Assembly: GCF_001194135.2 (NCBI RefSeq)
Contig: NC_069008.1
Coordinates: 12,751,279 to 12,815,278 of the forward strand
DNA length: 64,000 nt
Origin: Octopus bimaculoides
Lineage: Eukaryota
Direction: 5' to 3'
Shown here: positions 1 through 11,741 of the stretch, piece after piece
How the letters are laid out: each line of letters begins with the position of its first letter
How positions within the stretch are numbered: position 1 is the first letter of the stretch
Notes under the pieces: model-generated
Told to the model about the DNA's origin: nothing
What the model saw: only the letters and a program-made list of their open reading frames with translations
The model's database searches: none
Position numbers and translations under genes: made by a program

Positions 1-60
1 CTGTATTTTAAGTAAAACTTTCGAAAATCCAGTGCATTTAACAGTGACTGCATATTTCGA

Positions 61-63
<3 letters not shown>

Positions 64-110
<47 letters not shown>
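64..110. repeat. (AT)n microsatellite (others at ~2315-2340, 4393-4463, 4676-4706, 11707-11737, 15580-15630, 23545-23572, 55090-55131)
   Basis: Directly visible dinucleotide runs. Confidence 0.95.
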
Positions 111-129
111 ATACGTCCATATTTTTTCT

Positions 130-296
130 TGGAGCTTCTAAACAGAAACTAAGTACAGTTCGTCGTTTGTGTCTCCGAGTCGGTTTTTGTAATTTCTGTT
201 GTGAAAGTTTACTTCGTGTTGAATGGCGCCTTGTAACAGACATTTGGTGTAATTGAAGACATGTCACTATGAACACAGATTTATGTTGCATAACAG
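130..296 (+). promoter_or_regulatory. Family-A ZNF promoter / non-coding exon 1 of ZNF1, ending in splice donor CAG|GTAAGA
   Basis: Block homologous to 19657-19830(-) and 23170-23317(+); conserved CCGAGTCGG (175-183), GAATGGCG (221-228), donor at 296/297; matching acceptor TTGCAG at 4881. TSS not determinable. Confidence 0.65.
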
Positions 297-1004
297 GTAA
301 GATGTAATAATTCAGATATTTTAGTAAATGTAGTTGGACACGGGCAATGTAAAACTTTTTGCTGTTGCGAGTCGGACATTGATATTGATTCTATTCTCCA
401 CCCCTATTATTAAACAGATTTATACATAACAACCCATGTGTGAAAAATTGCTATTTTGAACCCTCGTCGTTATTTTTGAAATACCTTCCATGCGGTGTAC
501 ATTACGATCCTATTGGAAGAAATTAGAGTGGCGATAATTCACTTTCTGAAATCAAATGCAGAAAGAAAGGTTTGTTTATTATCTGACTTCACCGTAAACT
601 TTGTCTTCACATTCAATTCCGACATAATCGTAATCTACACTATCAAAAACATGTTTATGGAAAGTATGTTGCTTTTTCTTTTGCTAATGTTACTGGAACG
701 TAAGTCGAGCTGTGAGGCGGAGAAAAACGCTAAGACACTAACAGATACGGGCATAAACATCTCTTTATCTTGTTTCAGTCGTTCGACTCCGGCTATGCCT
801 TCGTATTGACTTGCTGGGTTTTAGGCATACCTCCATATGTGTGTGTACGTCCCCACCGATTGTGTTTCTGAATAACTTTAAGAAAAATAGATATTTTTCA
901 ATGAAAGTTTCTACAAATACGCCTCAGATGGTGTAGATTTCGATTATATACATATGATCAAACTGACTACAAAGAGGCTAGGGTGTCTGCATTGGCAAGA
1001 CATC

Positions 1005-1310
1005 ATCATCGTTTAACATCCGCCTTCCATGCTGGCATGGGTTGGATGGTTTGACAGGAGCTGGCCAGGTAGAATACTACCTCAGGCTACTGTGTCTGTT
1101 TTGTCATGGTTTTTATGGTTGCATACCCTTCATAAGAGCAACCACTTTGCAGAATGCTTTTTACATGGTACTATACACAGGCAATGTCTGTTTTGGCATG
1201 GTTTTTACTGCTGGATGCCCTTCCAAATGCCATCCTCTTCACAGTGTGAACTGGGTTATTTTTACATGGCACCAGCACTGGCAGGGTTGCCAAGTAGCAG
1301 TGCAAGACAA
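1005..1310 (-). mobile_element. RTE-clade LINE 3' UTR fragment with (GAT)n tail
   Basis: Same tail (catcatcgtttaacgtccg...ggatgcccttcc) that is joined to RTE ORF C-termini at 35775-36600 and 55200-55790. Confidence 0.75.
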
Positions 1311-1689
1311 GGAATTTTTTAGAGGAATATTATGTAGTAAAGTCAAAAAGAATACAATGAATGAGTCTGAAGAAGGACACTGTCCAAAACGGATTTTGCA
1401 CCCCCCACAACTAGTTCGCTGTAATATTTTCATTGATTATTCATATGTGTGTGTGAAATAAACATCACAGATGCTTTGCCTCATGCAGAAGCTGCAGGAG
1501 TTACTCTGATATTTTGCAAGCTCTTCTGAATCCATTGCAATGCTGGAAACTCTATCGTGTCATCACCAAGTATCTTACGGTCATAAGCATTTTGCCCCTT
1601 TGCCTATACACTTCACCTCAGTGGGGTAACAAGAACTGAACTAGTCTTCACCTATAGAAGAGTTCCACTTGCAGTCTCTTATTAACCAT

Positions 1690-2300
1690 AGCTGCTGCCA
1701 TACTCGTCTCCTTAATGGCTTTTTTCAGTTGTCTGGGTTCCAGACCTATCTTCTGCAGGAAATAGCTCAGTGACCTGGATGGCTCTACAAGTTTGACCAC
1801 GAATTCCTGGAGAGCAGGAGCATGTCTGATCAGAGTGATGTTACCACTATCTTCTGGTTAGAATACAAAATAGAAAATGGGTCTCTTACCCTTTGGTGGT
1901 GGCAATAACTGGTGTTTATTAGCCTTCACCCTTCGCAGATCAGTCCACTTGGCAATTTCTTCAAGGACCTTGTCATGTCTCAATTTCTATTGGGCAGTCC
2001 CTAGTGCCTTTGAGTATCCAATCAAAATGTAGTTCAAAGTGCAAAGAATTGCTCTGCACTGCTTGCAGGATGGGTCTCTTTTTTTTTTGTTTTTGTATAC
2101 CCTACATTTTAATGTTATTTAGGATTGGCAAGCAGTCAGCAATAGTATGAAGGAAGGACAAACTCCTTTGTTGCTCCAGAGTTCCTTCCAGGACAGTGGG
2201 TGCTCAAGTGCCTGGTCCCACTATATCCATTGACCCTGGTGGGGTCCTACTGCCTTCACGCAGCTATCCTTCTCTGTTGAATCATGGGTCCTTTGCACTG
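1690..2300 (-). mobile_element. Decayed RLE-type (NeSL/HERO-like) non-LTR retrotransposon C-terminus
   Basis: Minus-strand translation KAVGPHQGQWI*WDQALEHPLSWKELW, DPSCKQC..TLNYILIGYSKAL..RHDKVLEEIA (CCHC-knuckle region), TSL*SDMLLLS (RPD motif decayed), SLSYFLQKIGL..AIKE. Confidence 0.65.
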
Positions 2301-2314
2301 CGAGCTCTCTCATA

Positions 2315-2345
<31 letters not shown>

Positions 2346-2574
2346 GAGTGTGTTTGAAGGATTCATTAAGAATCACGTCACATCAACATGTAAGACACCA
2401 CCAATTGGCTAGATAACAATACACAGCGTAGACAGTGAAATAATCCATCATCGTAGGCATCAATTATACCAACTAAATACTGTTGTTAGGTAATTCTCAA
2501 TTCCAATTATTTACCAATGATAAAATTCCTTGCATGTAAGTGAATGTATTTATTGCTAGTATGGACATGACAGA

Positions 2575-3600
2575 TCATCATCATCATCATCATCATCATC
2601 ATTTAACGTCCGCTTTCCATGCTAACATGGGTTGGACGATTTGACTGAGGACTGGTGAAACCGGATGGCAACACCAGGCTCCAATCTAATTTGGCAGAGT
2701 TTCTACAGCTGGATGCCCTTCCTAATGCCAACCACTCAGAGAGTGTAGTGGGTGCTTTTACGTGTCACCCGCACGAAAACGGCCACGCTCGAAATGGTGT
2801 CTTTTATGTGCCNNNNNNNNNNNNNNNNNNNNNNNNNNNNNNNNNNNNNNNNNNNNNNNNNNNNNNNNNNNNNNNNNNNNNNNNNNNNNNNNNNNNNNNN
2901 NNNNNNNNNNNNNNNNNNNNNNNNNNNNNNNNNNNNNNNNNNNNNNNNNNNNNNNNNNNNNNNNNNNNNNNNNNNNNNNNNNNNNNNNNNNNNNNNNNNN
3001 NNNNNNNNNNNNNNNNNNNNNNNNNNNNNNNNNNNNNNNNNNNNNNNNNNNNNNNNNNNNNNNNNNNNNNNNNNNNNNNNNNNNNNNNNNNNNNNNNNNN
3101 NNNNNNNNNNNNNNNNNNNNNNNNNNNNNNNNNNNNNNNNNNNNNNNNNNNNNNNNNNNNNNNNNNNNNNNNNNNNNNNNNNNNNNNNNNNNNNNNNNNN
3201 NNNNNNNNNNNNNNNNNNNNNNNNNNNNNNNNNNNNNNNNNNNNNNNNNNNNNNNNNNNNNNNNNNNNNNCAACTGTTAGGGTGTGGCACTTTTTCACGC
3301 AGCTATCCTCATCCATTCTCACCACATGTCCATACTAGCGCAATCGTCTCTCTTGCACACCACAACTGATGCTTCTAATGTTCAGCTTTTCTCTCAAGAT
3401 ACTTACACTCTGACGGGTATTCACATTGACATTACACATCCAACGGAGCATACTGGCTTCATTCCTTGCGAGCTTACGCATGTCCTCAGCAGTCACAGCC
3501 CATGTTTCACTGCCATGTAGCATGGCTGTTTGTACGCATGCATCATACAGTCTGCCTTTTACTCTGAGTGAGAGTCCCTTAGGACAATATTTCTAGCTAG
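2575..3600 (-). mobile_element. 5'-truncated RTE LINE (ORF C-terminus + 3' UTR + (GAT)n), spans gap 2813-3270
   Basis: ORF track MLHGSETWAVTAEDMRKLARNEASMLRWMCNV..QERRLR and MDEDSCVKKCHTL; tail at 2575-2812. Confidence 0.85.
2813..3270. other. Assembly gap (others: 11754-11923, 25483-25672, 33314-33860, 54578-54800)
   Basis: N runs. Confidence 1.
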
Positions 3601-4390
3601 ATACATATTGTTAAGAAGACATTGAAATTTAATTCTACAATTGCATAATGCAGGAGGTGAATGGATAATATGGGTATCAGTAAAAGGAATGTTGTATGTA
3701 GGTAGCATCACTACATTCATTAATTTCACTCCTGTTATCCATGATCAAATTAGAGGCAAAGGGATCATAATCATTTTGAATACTATAGTTATTACTGGAA
3801 TACCAAGTGTTTGTTACCACCAATGCTATCAATTAACCTAGTAGTCTCTAATTCCCACCAATATTGTCATTGTTGCCCCTATTACTATCACCATTATCAG
3901 TATTTCTGTTGTCGGTGTCATTGTTGATTTGATTCATGCCATTATCCCTGTTAATAATTGCTAGCACTATATTATACACTAGCTTTGGTGTAGTAGAAAC
4001 AGAAATTCTTGTTTTACATTTATTAAAAATGCTATAATATGTATATGACATTAGACAATAAATTAAATATTTTTCCCCTCCATAATCTGCACCTTAGTTG
4101 ATTGACAGCTCTTGAACACACCCACTTGTTTATATATTCATATTCCACCTTTAAAATCCCACTAGCTGCTCTACCTGAAATGTGTGTGTGTATACATACA
4201 TACACACACATGTACATATATATCATGAACTAACTATTACTTTCTCAGATGCAGCACAGAATTTTGTCAGTGAACAGGTCGCGGTCTCAAAGCGACGAAA
4301 ATATTTTGACAAATCAAATTTAAATGTTGAAGTGAATCTAACGGATTTTGTGTGTTATTTTAAATGGCTTATAAACACCTTCCACGCTGC

Positions 4391-4467
<77 letters not shown>

Positions 4468-4534
4468 TGTATATGTGTATGTATAAATATGTGTGTGCAA
4501 TTACACACACACAACATGCTTCCACACAGATACC

Positions 4535-4660
4535 ATCTGCCCAATCCACTCACAAGGCTTTAGTCAGTCCGAGGCTATAGTAGGAGACACTTGCCCAAGA
4601 TGTCAGACAATGGAATTAAATCCAAGATCAAATAGTTGGAAACTAAGTTTCTTAACCACC
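4535..4660 (-). mobile_element. 5' fragment of abundant octopus tRNA-derived SINE
   Basis: Matches head of fuller copy at 49708-50071. Confidence 0.65.
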
Positions 4661-4671
4661 CTCCCACATCT

Positions 4672-4708
<37 letters not shown>

Positions 4709-5283
4709 CATATATATCTACACTATTATAATTTACATCTTCCAAAGAGAGGAAAATAGTTCAGTTGTCCAGGTAAATGTTTATTTCTACAGCTTATCTC
4801 TATAAGAAATATACTAAAATTTATTCTGTTATATTTTAAGACTTCCCTATATCTTACACTGTTGTTTCTCTACTATTGCAGAATAACAAATGACATTGGC
4901 ATCAAAGAATTGTATCATTTAAAGACTAAAGGAAAATGTTATACAGGACAGATATGAATCTTTTTATATAAATCTCTGACAAATTACAGGCAAATATTTT
5001 TTTCTAAATTGAGATTATTAATTATAATTCTTTACTTGACTGTCCAGAATGTGTACAAGATTATATTGAATGTGAATTAAACTTGGATGGATTTCAAAAG
5101 AAGTTTGCAACCTACATCATATACCAGCAAAGATCACAGTAGTATAAGTGTTTATTAGCAAGAAAATATATGTCAAAAGAAGATAAACATTCCGAAATTG
5201 TGGTGAAAAAAAGTGAAGATGAATAATGTGTGAATAAGTTTAAATATAAAAGACTGTTTAAAAGTATTGATTTTCCTGGTAAA

Positions 5284-6654
5284 ATGAATAAAAAGAAACA
5301 AAAAACATCATCATACCACTGTGATATTTGTGGGAAATCATTCTCTGGAAGTGCTAACTTAGCAAAACACAAATGTACTGGTGCAGGAGAAAAACCATAC
5401 CACTGTGATATCTGTGGAAAATCATTTTCTGAACGTTGTAACTTAAGAACACACAAACGTATTCATACAGGAGAGAAACCATATCGCTGTGATATTTGTG
5501 GTAGATTATTCTCTGTAAGTAGTGTCTTAACTAATCACAGACGTATTCATACAGGAGAGAAACCATATCAGTGTGATATCTGTGGCAAATCGTTCTCTCA
5601 GAGAGGTATCTTAACTAATCACAAACATATTCACACAGGAGAGAAACCATTTCAGTGTGATATTTGCAGTAAATCGTTCTCTGAAAGTCGATTCTTAACG
5701 ACACACAAACGTATTCATACAGGGGAGAAGCCATATTGCTGCGATATCTGTGGTAAATCATTCTCTGTCAGAGGTACCTTAACTAATCACAAACGTATTC
5801 ATACAGGAGAGAAACCATATTCTTGTGATATCTGTGGTAAACCATTCTCTGAAAAAGGTACCTTAACTAAACACAAACGTATTCACACAGGAGAGAAACC
5901 ATATAAGTGTGATATCTGTGGTAAATCATTCTCTGGAAATAGTTGCCTAACTGAACACAAACGTATTCACACAGGAGAGAAACCATATTACTGTGATATT
6001 TGTGGTAAATCATTCTCTCGAAATGGTTACTTAACTGAACACAAACATATTCATACAGGAGAGAAACCTTACCGTTGTGATATCTGTGGTAAGTCGTTTG
6101 CTCTTAAAGAACACTTAACTAAACACAGACGTATTCATACAGGAGAGAAGCCATATTGCTGTGATATCTGTGGAAAATCATTCTCCCGATGTAGTGATTT
6201 AACTAAACACAAACGTATTCACACAGGAGAGAAACCATATTGCTGTGATATCTGTGGCAAATCATTCTCTCGAAATTCTCACTTGAATGAACACAAACGA
6301 AGTCATACAGGAGAGAAGCCATATCACTGTGACATCTGTGGTAAATCATTCTCTCATGGAACTAACATAGCTATACACAAACGTATTCATACTGGAGAAA
6401 AACCCTATCACTGTGATATCTGTGGTAAGTCGTTCTCTCAAAATGGTGAATTAGCCTCTCACAAACGTATTCATACTGGAGAGAAACCCTATCACTGTGA
6501 TGTCTGTGGTAAATCATTCTCTCAAAAAAATCAGTCAACTACACATAAACGTATTCATACTGGAGAGAAGCCATATCAGTGTGATATGTGTGGGAAATCA
6601 TTCTCTCAAAGGATCCATTTAATGAAACATGTTGGTATTCATGTACGGCAGTAA
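5284..6654 (+). CDS. ZNF1: tandem C2H2 zinc-finger protein, 456 aa, 15 canonical + 1 degenerate finger (family A)
   Basis: Intact ORF from ATG 5284 ([18 protein letters not shown], aligns with paralog starts MNKEKGKTS); TGEKP linkers; first finger lacks second His (HKCTGA); ends [12 protein letters not shown]. Confidence 0.93.
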   Translation: MNKKKQKTSSYHCDICGKSFSGSANLAKHKCTGAGEKPYHCDICGKSFSERCNLRTHKRIHTGEKPYRCDICGRLFSVSSVLTNHRRIHTGEKPYQCDICGKSFSQRGILTNHKHIHTGEKPFQCDICSKSFSESRFLTTHKRIHTGEKPYCCDICGKSFSVRGTLTNHKRIHTGEKPYSCDICGKPFSEKGTLTKHKRIHTGEKPYKCDICGKSFSGNSCLTEHKRIHTGEKPYYCDICGKSFSRNGYLTEHKHIHTGEKPYRCDICGKSFALKEHLTKHRRIHTGEKPYCCDICGKSFSRCSDLTKHKRIHTGEKPYCCDICGKSFSRNSHLNEHKRSHTGEKPYHCDICGKSFSHGTNIAIHKRIHTGEKPYHCDICGKSFSQNGELASHKRIHTGEKPYHCDVCGKSFSQKNQSTTHKRIHTGEKPYQCDMCGKSFSQRIHLMKHVGIHVRQ

Positions 6655-7089
6655 CTGTATCAGTATAAAAGTTCTGGTTGTCAAGGATAATTTCACCCTC
6701 CCTCTGACTGGTTAACCATGTATCTCCTCTATAACAACACACCTATTCTGGCCTCAGTCTTGATCACTCTCTTTGATCTGGTAACCATTTATCTCTTCTC
6801 TGTCACACACTAACCTTTCATCACATTACCTGGTCACCTGGTACAAGATCACCTTCTCCAATGCCCCCTTCTTGCCATCACCTACACCTGCATTCACACC
6901 TTCTCACCATGCCTGGCCTCCATTCCTTCCTTCTGCACCTCTACTTTCTTCTCTCCCATTTTCTTTCCAACTTTCTTCCCCGGTGCCTGCAACCCTCTAT
7001 ACAACTCTCTCATTCTCTTTTTAAATAAAACCCGCCACTCCAGCTATCTCTCTTTCCATCACCGTTGCCTCCATCATCATGTCACACCC

Positions 7090-8710
7090 CATAGCTTCAA
7101 GGGACCTATACAGGGAGGAAGCGCTCAGTCAACTTTTTGAACTCCCTCTTCTATTGCCTTCTCCTCTCCGACCCCACCCTCTCCAACCAGCAGCACGTGT
7201 CCTCCACCATCCATGACCTCATCTCATCTTCTGCCTCCCTTCTACTGCCACCAACCTCATTGTCCAAACACCCCATATCTCCACCATGTATTTCCTTCCC
7301 AAAATACACAAACCCAACAACCCAGGCTGCCCCATTGTTTCCGCCTGTAACTGCCCCACAAAACTCATTTCAAAATATCTCAACCTCATCCTGTCCCCTT
7401 TAGTTGCTGATCTGTCTCATTAACGACACCAACCATGCCCTTTGCCTCTTCAATTCCTTCTCCTTCCCTCCCAGCCCTTCATGCTTCATTTTAACCTGGG
7501 ACATAAAATTACTAGATACTATGATCCTCCACAACGACGGTCTCTTAGCCCTCGAATACTTCCTCGACTGTTGCCCCGACCACACATCCAGCACCTCCAC
7601 CCTTCTCACCCTCAACTGCTTTATGTTCACAGGAGAGATTTATCAGCAGGTCTCTCGTGTTGCTATGAGAAGAAGAATGGGCCCCAATCTTGTCAACTTA
7701 TTTGTTGGTTACACTGAGACCCAAATCTTCTCACAATTCTTTGGACCGACCCCAGAGCTGTGCGGTTGCTATATAGATGACTGTATAAGTGACACCTCCC
7801 GCTTCTGCAAGCAGCTCTCCAGTTTCATCTCCTTCATTTCTAACTTCCACCCTTCTCTTGAATTTACCTCTACCTTCGCTGACACTTCTGTAAACTTCTT
7901 GGATATCTCTCTCACCACCTATGCCTTCCATCCTATGGACTCCCACCTCTGCCTCAACTTTTCCTCCTCCCATCCCTCCCACACCAACTGGGCCATCCCA
8001 GTTCCTCTGCCTCTGACACCTGTGCAGTGGGGACAAGGATTTCAAAACCTAGTCTGAATACCTGGCCCACTTGTTCATACGTTGTGGATACCCATCCACC
8101 CTTGCCTAAACTACTCTTATCCATGCTTGTCAAATCGATCGCACTCTCCTTCCCCACACTGATCCCCTTTTCCATCCCTCCACTCTACCCCTTCGTCAGA
8201 GGATCCTGCAGGCCTTCCGTCGCCTCCAGCTAAATCCCACCACCCGCCCTTGCCCTCCTTCAAACTCGCCCGTAACCTACGCGATCTTCTGGTCTGTAGC
8301 ACCCTCCCCCCTCCATTCCAATCCCACCCAGATCCTTTCCTTGCTCCAAATCCCATTGCCACCTCTGTCACTTCATCACTAACACCTCCTCCTTCACCGT
8401 ACCCAACTAGCACACCCTCTACATTAGGAACTCCTCCTGCACTTCTTCCAGCCTTATTTATTGCATCAGGTGTAATCTCTGCAACAAACTTTACATTGGC
8501 CAGACAGGCCACCGGCTAGCCAACCGGTACATCAGACATCTACGAGATATTTGTCTACGTACAAACACCCCTGTTGCCCGTCATTTTCGCTTGGCCAACC
8601 AGTTCACTTCCAATAACACCGTCTTCAGCCTTGCCCTTCACAATGGACCCACCAGTTTTCACTCTACATACCCAAACTCCTTTCTGACTCAACTCAACCT
8701 CATCCTCTCA
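7090..8710 (+). mobile_element. Decayed Penelope-like element (Neptune-like) RT + GIY-YIG endonuclease
   Basis: FLPKIHKPNNPGCPIVSACNCPTKLISKYL (~7292), GPNLVNLFVG, YIDDC, FHPSLEFT, FLDI; SCTSSSLIYCIRCNLCNKLYIGQTGHRLA (8435-8520); frameshifted. Confidence 0.85.
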
Positions 8711-9357
8711 GTGACTGTTCCTATAAACTTTTAAAAAAAACTTTTTACCTTGTCTTATTTTTTTATTATTTCGTTTATCTCTTATTCAGTTTTTTTGATT
8801 TTTTTATCATTTATTCTTTTATTTGGTTATTTATTATTGGTTTATTCTGATTTTTTTATCTTTTAAAAATTTAGTTATTTTAACTTTCATTTATTTATTT
8901 CTCTTACTGATTTGTTCACATAATCTTTTTCCTTTGTTTTTATTTTATCAACTTTTATTTATTGTTTATCATTTTTTATTAATAATTGTATTTTCATATT
9001 TTATATTCCCATACCACACACCACATACCCTGCTCACCACACACGTGCACACACTCATCCATATTCACCCATTCACACAACCTTCAGACTACCCCAACTC
9101 ACTATTGACCATTCCATCTATACACACATGCTAAAACACACACACACACACACACACCTGTCGCTATAGCTCCTGACCTCTCACTACAACATTACACACA
9201 CAGACACACACCAACCATTCTTCACACTCTCCTGTCCCAGAAAGTACTTTCTCTTTGTCCTACTTCCAGTCATTTGAAAAATGTAATTACACATGGACTG
9301 TCTGTGACTTTTTTTTCCTCCTTCCTTTTCTTGTGGACTTTCCTATGTTTTCTGTTT

Positions 9358-9381
9358 CTGAAGAAGAGCTGTGTTCAAAAC
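9358..9381 (+). ncRNA. Degenerate hammerhead-ribozyme core in PLE terminal region
   Basis: CTGAAGA-A-GAGC-TGT-GTTC-AAAAC; GAAA mutated to AAAA (consistent with CpG decay); lies downstream of PLE ORF. Confidence 0.45.
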
Positions 9382-9479
9382 ATAAGTTTCCTTCTCTAAG
9401 CATCGTATTAATACTTACATGTGCTATGTCTTCATGTTATTTTTTTCTTGTCTTTTTCTCCGTTTTTTTTTTTTTTTCA

Positions 9480-10250
9480 ATTAAATATGTATAAACTTAA
9501 ATCTTAAATGTGTAGAAGATGGTATTTTTAGAATATTAAATAGTATTTTTAATAAAAGATATAAATGTATATCTTTAAAGAATGGTAATGGTTTCTTGTA
9601 TAAGGGATATACTAATATAAGTAAAAGAAAAATGAAAGGAACGGTTAGTTTTATTATTAATAATTCCTTTGTAATGTTTGCGGGTAGGGTATTTGAGCAG
9701 GTTAGGGGGATTCCAATGGGTGGCAATTATTGGTGGACCTTTATCTTTCTTCATGCGAGTTCCTTTTATTTAAAGACCTATGTGCTAGGAAATGTATGTA
9801 GTGTTTTATTATTAACTTTTGAATGATGAAATAATGTATTTCACACATAATTGTTATTAGTTAAATTAATTTCAATTATGTTTGTTTTGTTTTGGAGAGA
9901 TTTATATAAAGCTTTAACTTTCATTATATTAGTAACTATGGAAGACTGGTGGGATTATTATTTGTATGGACTTATAGATTGGTCCAGATTTAGTATATAA
10001 TTTAGTTATTGCAGTTTGATATTAATACCGATACAATGTACATTGGTTTATATGTTTTTTATTGTAGTTTATTAAAGTTTAATCCTGCCTATAAATTGAT
10101 TTATTGAATGAATGTGGTTGTTAAGCTTTCACTTTTTATATTATACTACGGAAGACAGTAGGGATTATAATTTTTGTATGACTTAATAGATTTGTTGCTG
10201 TTTAATTACGTATTTAGGAGTTGGTTGTAATTTATTTATTGAATTTATTT
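9480..10250 (+). mobile_element. Second, AT-rich Penelope-like RT remnant
   Basis: SFIINNSFVMFAGRVFEQVRGIPMGGNY (Q.xGIPMG motif); ~210 bp internal tandem duplication at ~9905-10230. Confidence 0.6.
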
Positions 10251-10504
10251 ACTGATACTGTTGTACATAGGGTAAATGTATTTGAAAGTTGTAATTTATT
10301 TGGTTTGTTTGTTCCCAAACAACACTTATCTTATTGTTGTTGACACTGCCGGATTGAATGGTACTGCCCTGGTGTTGAAACCATAATGATATCTGTGGGG
10401 CAGCTGATGATGGAGGTATGTTGCATTGTTGGTATGGCTGTTTTTGTATATGTGGAATAGTATTATAACACATCCTTTTGATATATACACACATGCATAG
10501 TTTG

Positions 10505-10760
10505 ATATGATGATGATGATCATCATCATCATCGTTGTTTAACGTCCGCTTTCCATGCTAGCATGGGTTGGACGATTTGACTGAGGACTGGTGAAACCAG
10601 ATGGCTACACCAGGCTCCAATCTAATTTGGCAGAGTTTCTACAGCTGGATGCCCTTCCTAACGCCAACCACTCTGAGAGTGTAGTGGGTGCTTTTACGTG
10701 CCACCGGCATGAAGGCCAGTCAGGCGGTACTGGCAATGGCCACGCTCAAATGGTGTTTTT
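10505..10760 (-). mobile_element. RTE LINE 3' UTR fragment (near-identical copy at 11490-11690)
   Basis: High similarity to 2575-2812 tail. Confidence 0.8.
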
Positions 10761-11704
10761 ATATTTTGTTAATCTGTCGTATTATTGACAGGCATATACT
10801 CAACGAATTGACGTGTCTAGCTGCTCTCTCCTTAATTAATCTACAACATTCTCACCCATTCATTAGTTTTATCTATCCTTCTTTTCCTCTGGATAATGTC
10901 TGTATCTTAACTATCTTAACAACATCAATGAACTATTGTGTATCATTTTGGCACAAGCAAGGATGTGTTGAACATGTTTATTTTTGTATATACATAGCAA
11001 TGATGGTTTCTACAGAATGCTTTCGTTAAAAAAACTAACACTTCTGAGTTTATCACAGGTTAGCCTACATGTTGTTAAATAACTTCCTTTCGAAATTCTC
11101 CCTGGGCATATACCCAATTCACTGGTTTTGAATATGGAATTTTATTTCTGAAATTAAAGAATTTTGTATGCAAACAGCTGTAGGTAGAAATTTCTATGTA
11201 TGAATTCGAATGTCTTTGAATAAAAATATCTGTACGTAAATTTTTATCCATTTTCTTCATTTCCGTATTTAAAAAGATTTATTTAAATACGTATATGTTT
11301 TGATGATAAACTAATATACTTGGTTTTCTCTGAACGCTGGTATAAACTGGTAAACTAGGATGCTTGCTTCCTTTAAGGGACTTTAGTTCCTTGACTAATT
11401 AAATGAAATATATATGTACATGTATATATACATAAATGTATATATATATATATATATATATACATAGTTATATGTACACATGTATATACATCATCATCAT
11501 CGTTTAACGTCCGCTTTCCATGCTAGCATGGGTTGGACGATTTGACTGAGGTCTGGTGAAACCAGATGGCTGCACCAGGCTCCAATCTGATTTGGCAGAG
11601 TTTCTACAGCTGGATGCCCTCAGAGAGTGTAGTGGGTGCTTTTACGTGCCACCGGCACGAAGGCCAGTCAGGCGGTACTGGCAGCACATGTGTATATACA
11701 TACA

Positions 11705-11741
<37 letters not shown>

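Noticed and set aside
2655-3369. Long ORFs spanning N-gaps (also 11556-12110, 25435-25803, 33120-33928, 54500-55041)
   Set aside because: Artefacts of translating N runs; only 33861-34737 is real coding sequence
4182-4708. (YI)n / (IY)n ORFs
   Set aside because: Translations of (AT)n microsatellites
5230-5283. GTG-initiated N-terminal extension of ZNF1
   Set aside because: Paralogs start at the aligned ATG (MNKEK); the extension is not conserved in frame
10249-10532. Minus-strand ORFs with weak resemblance to PLE thumb (HIYKNSHTNNATYLHH)
   Set aside because: Similarity too weak to support by eye
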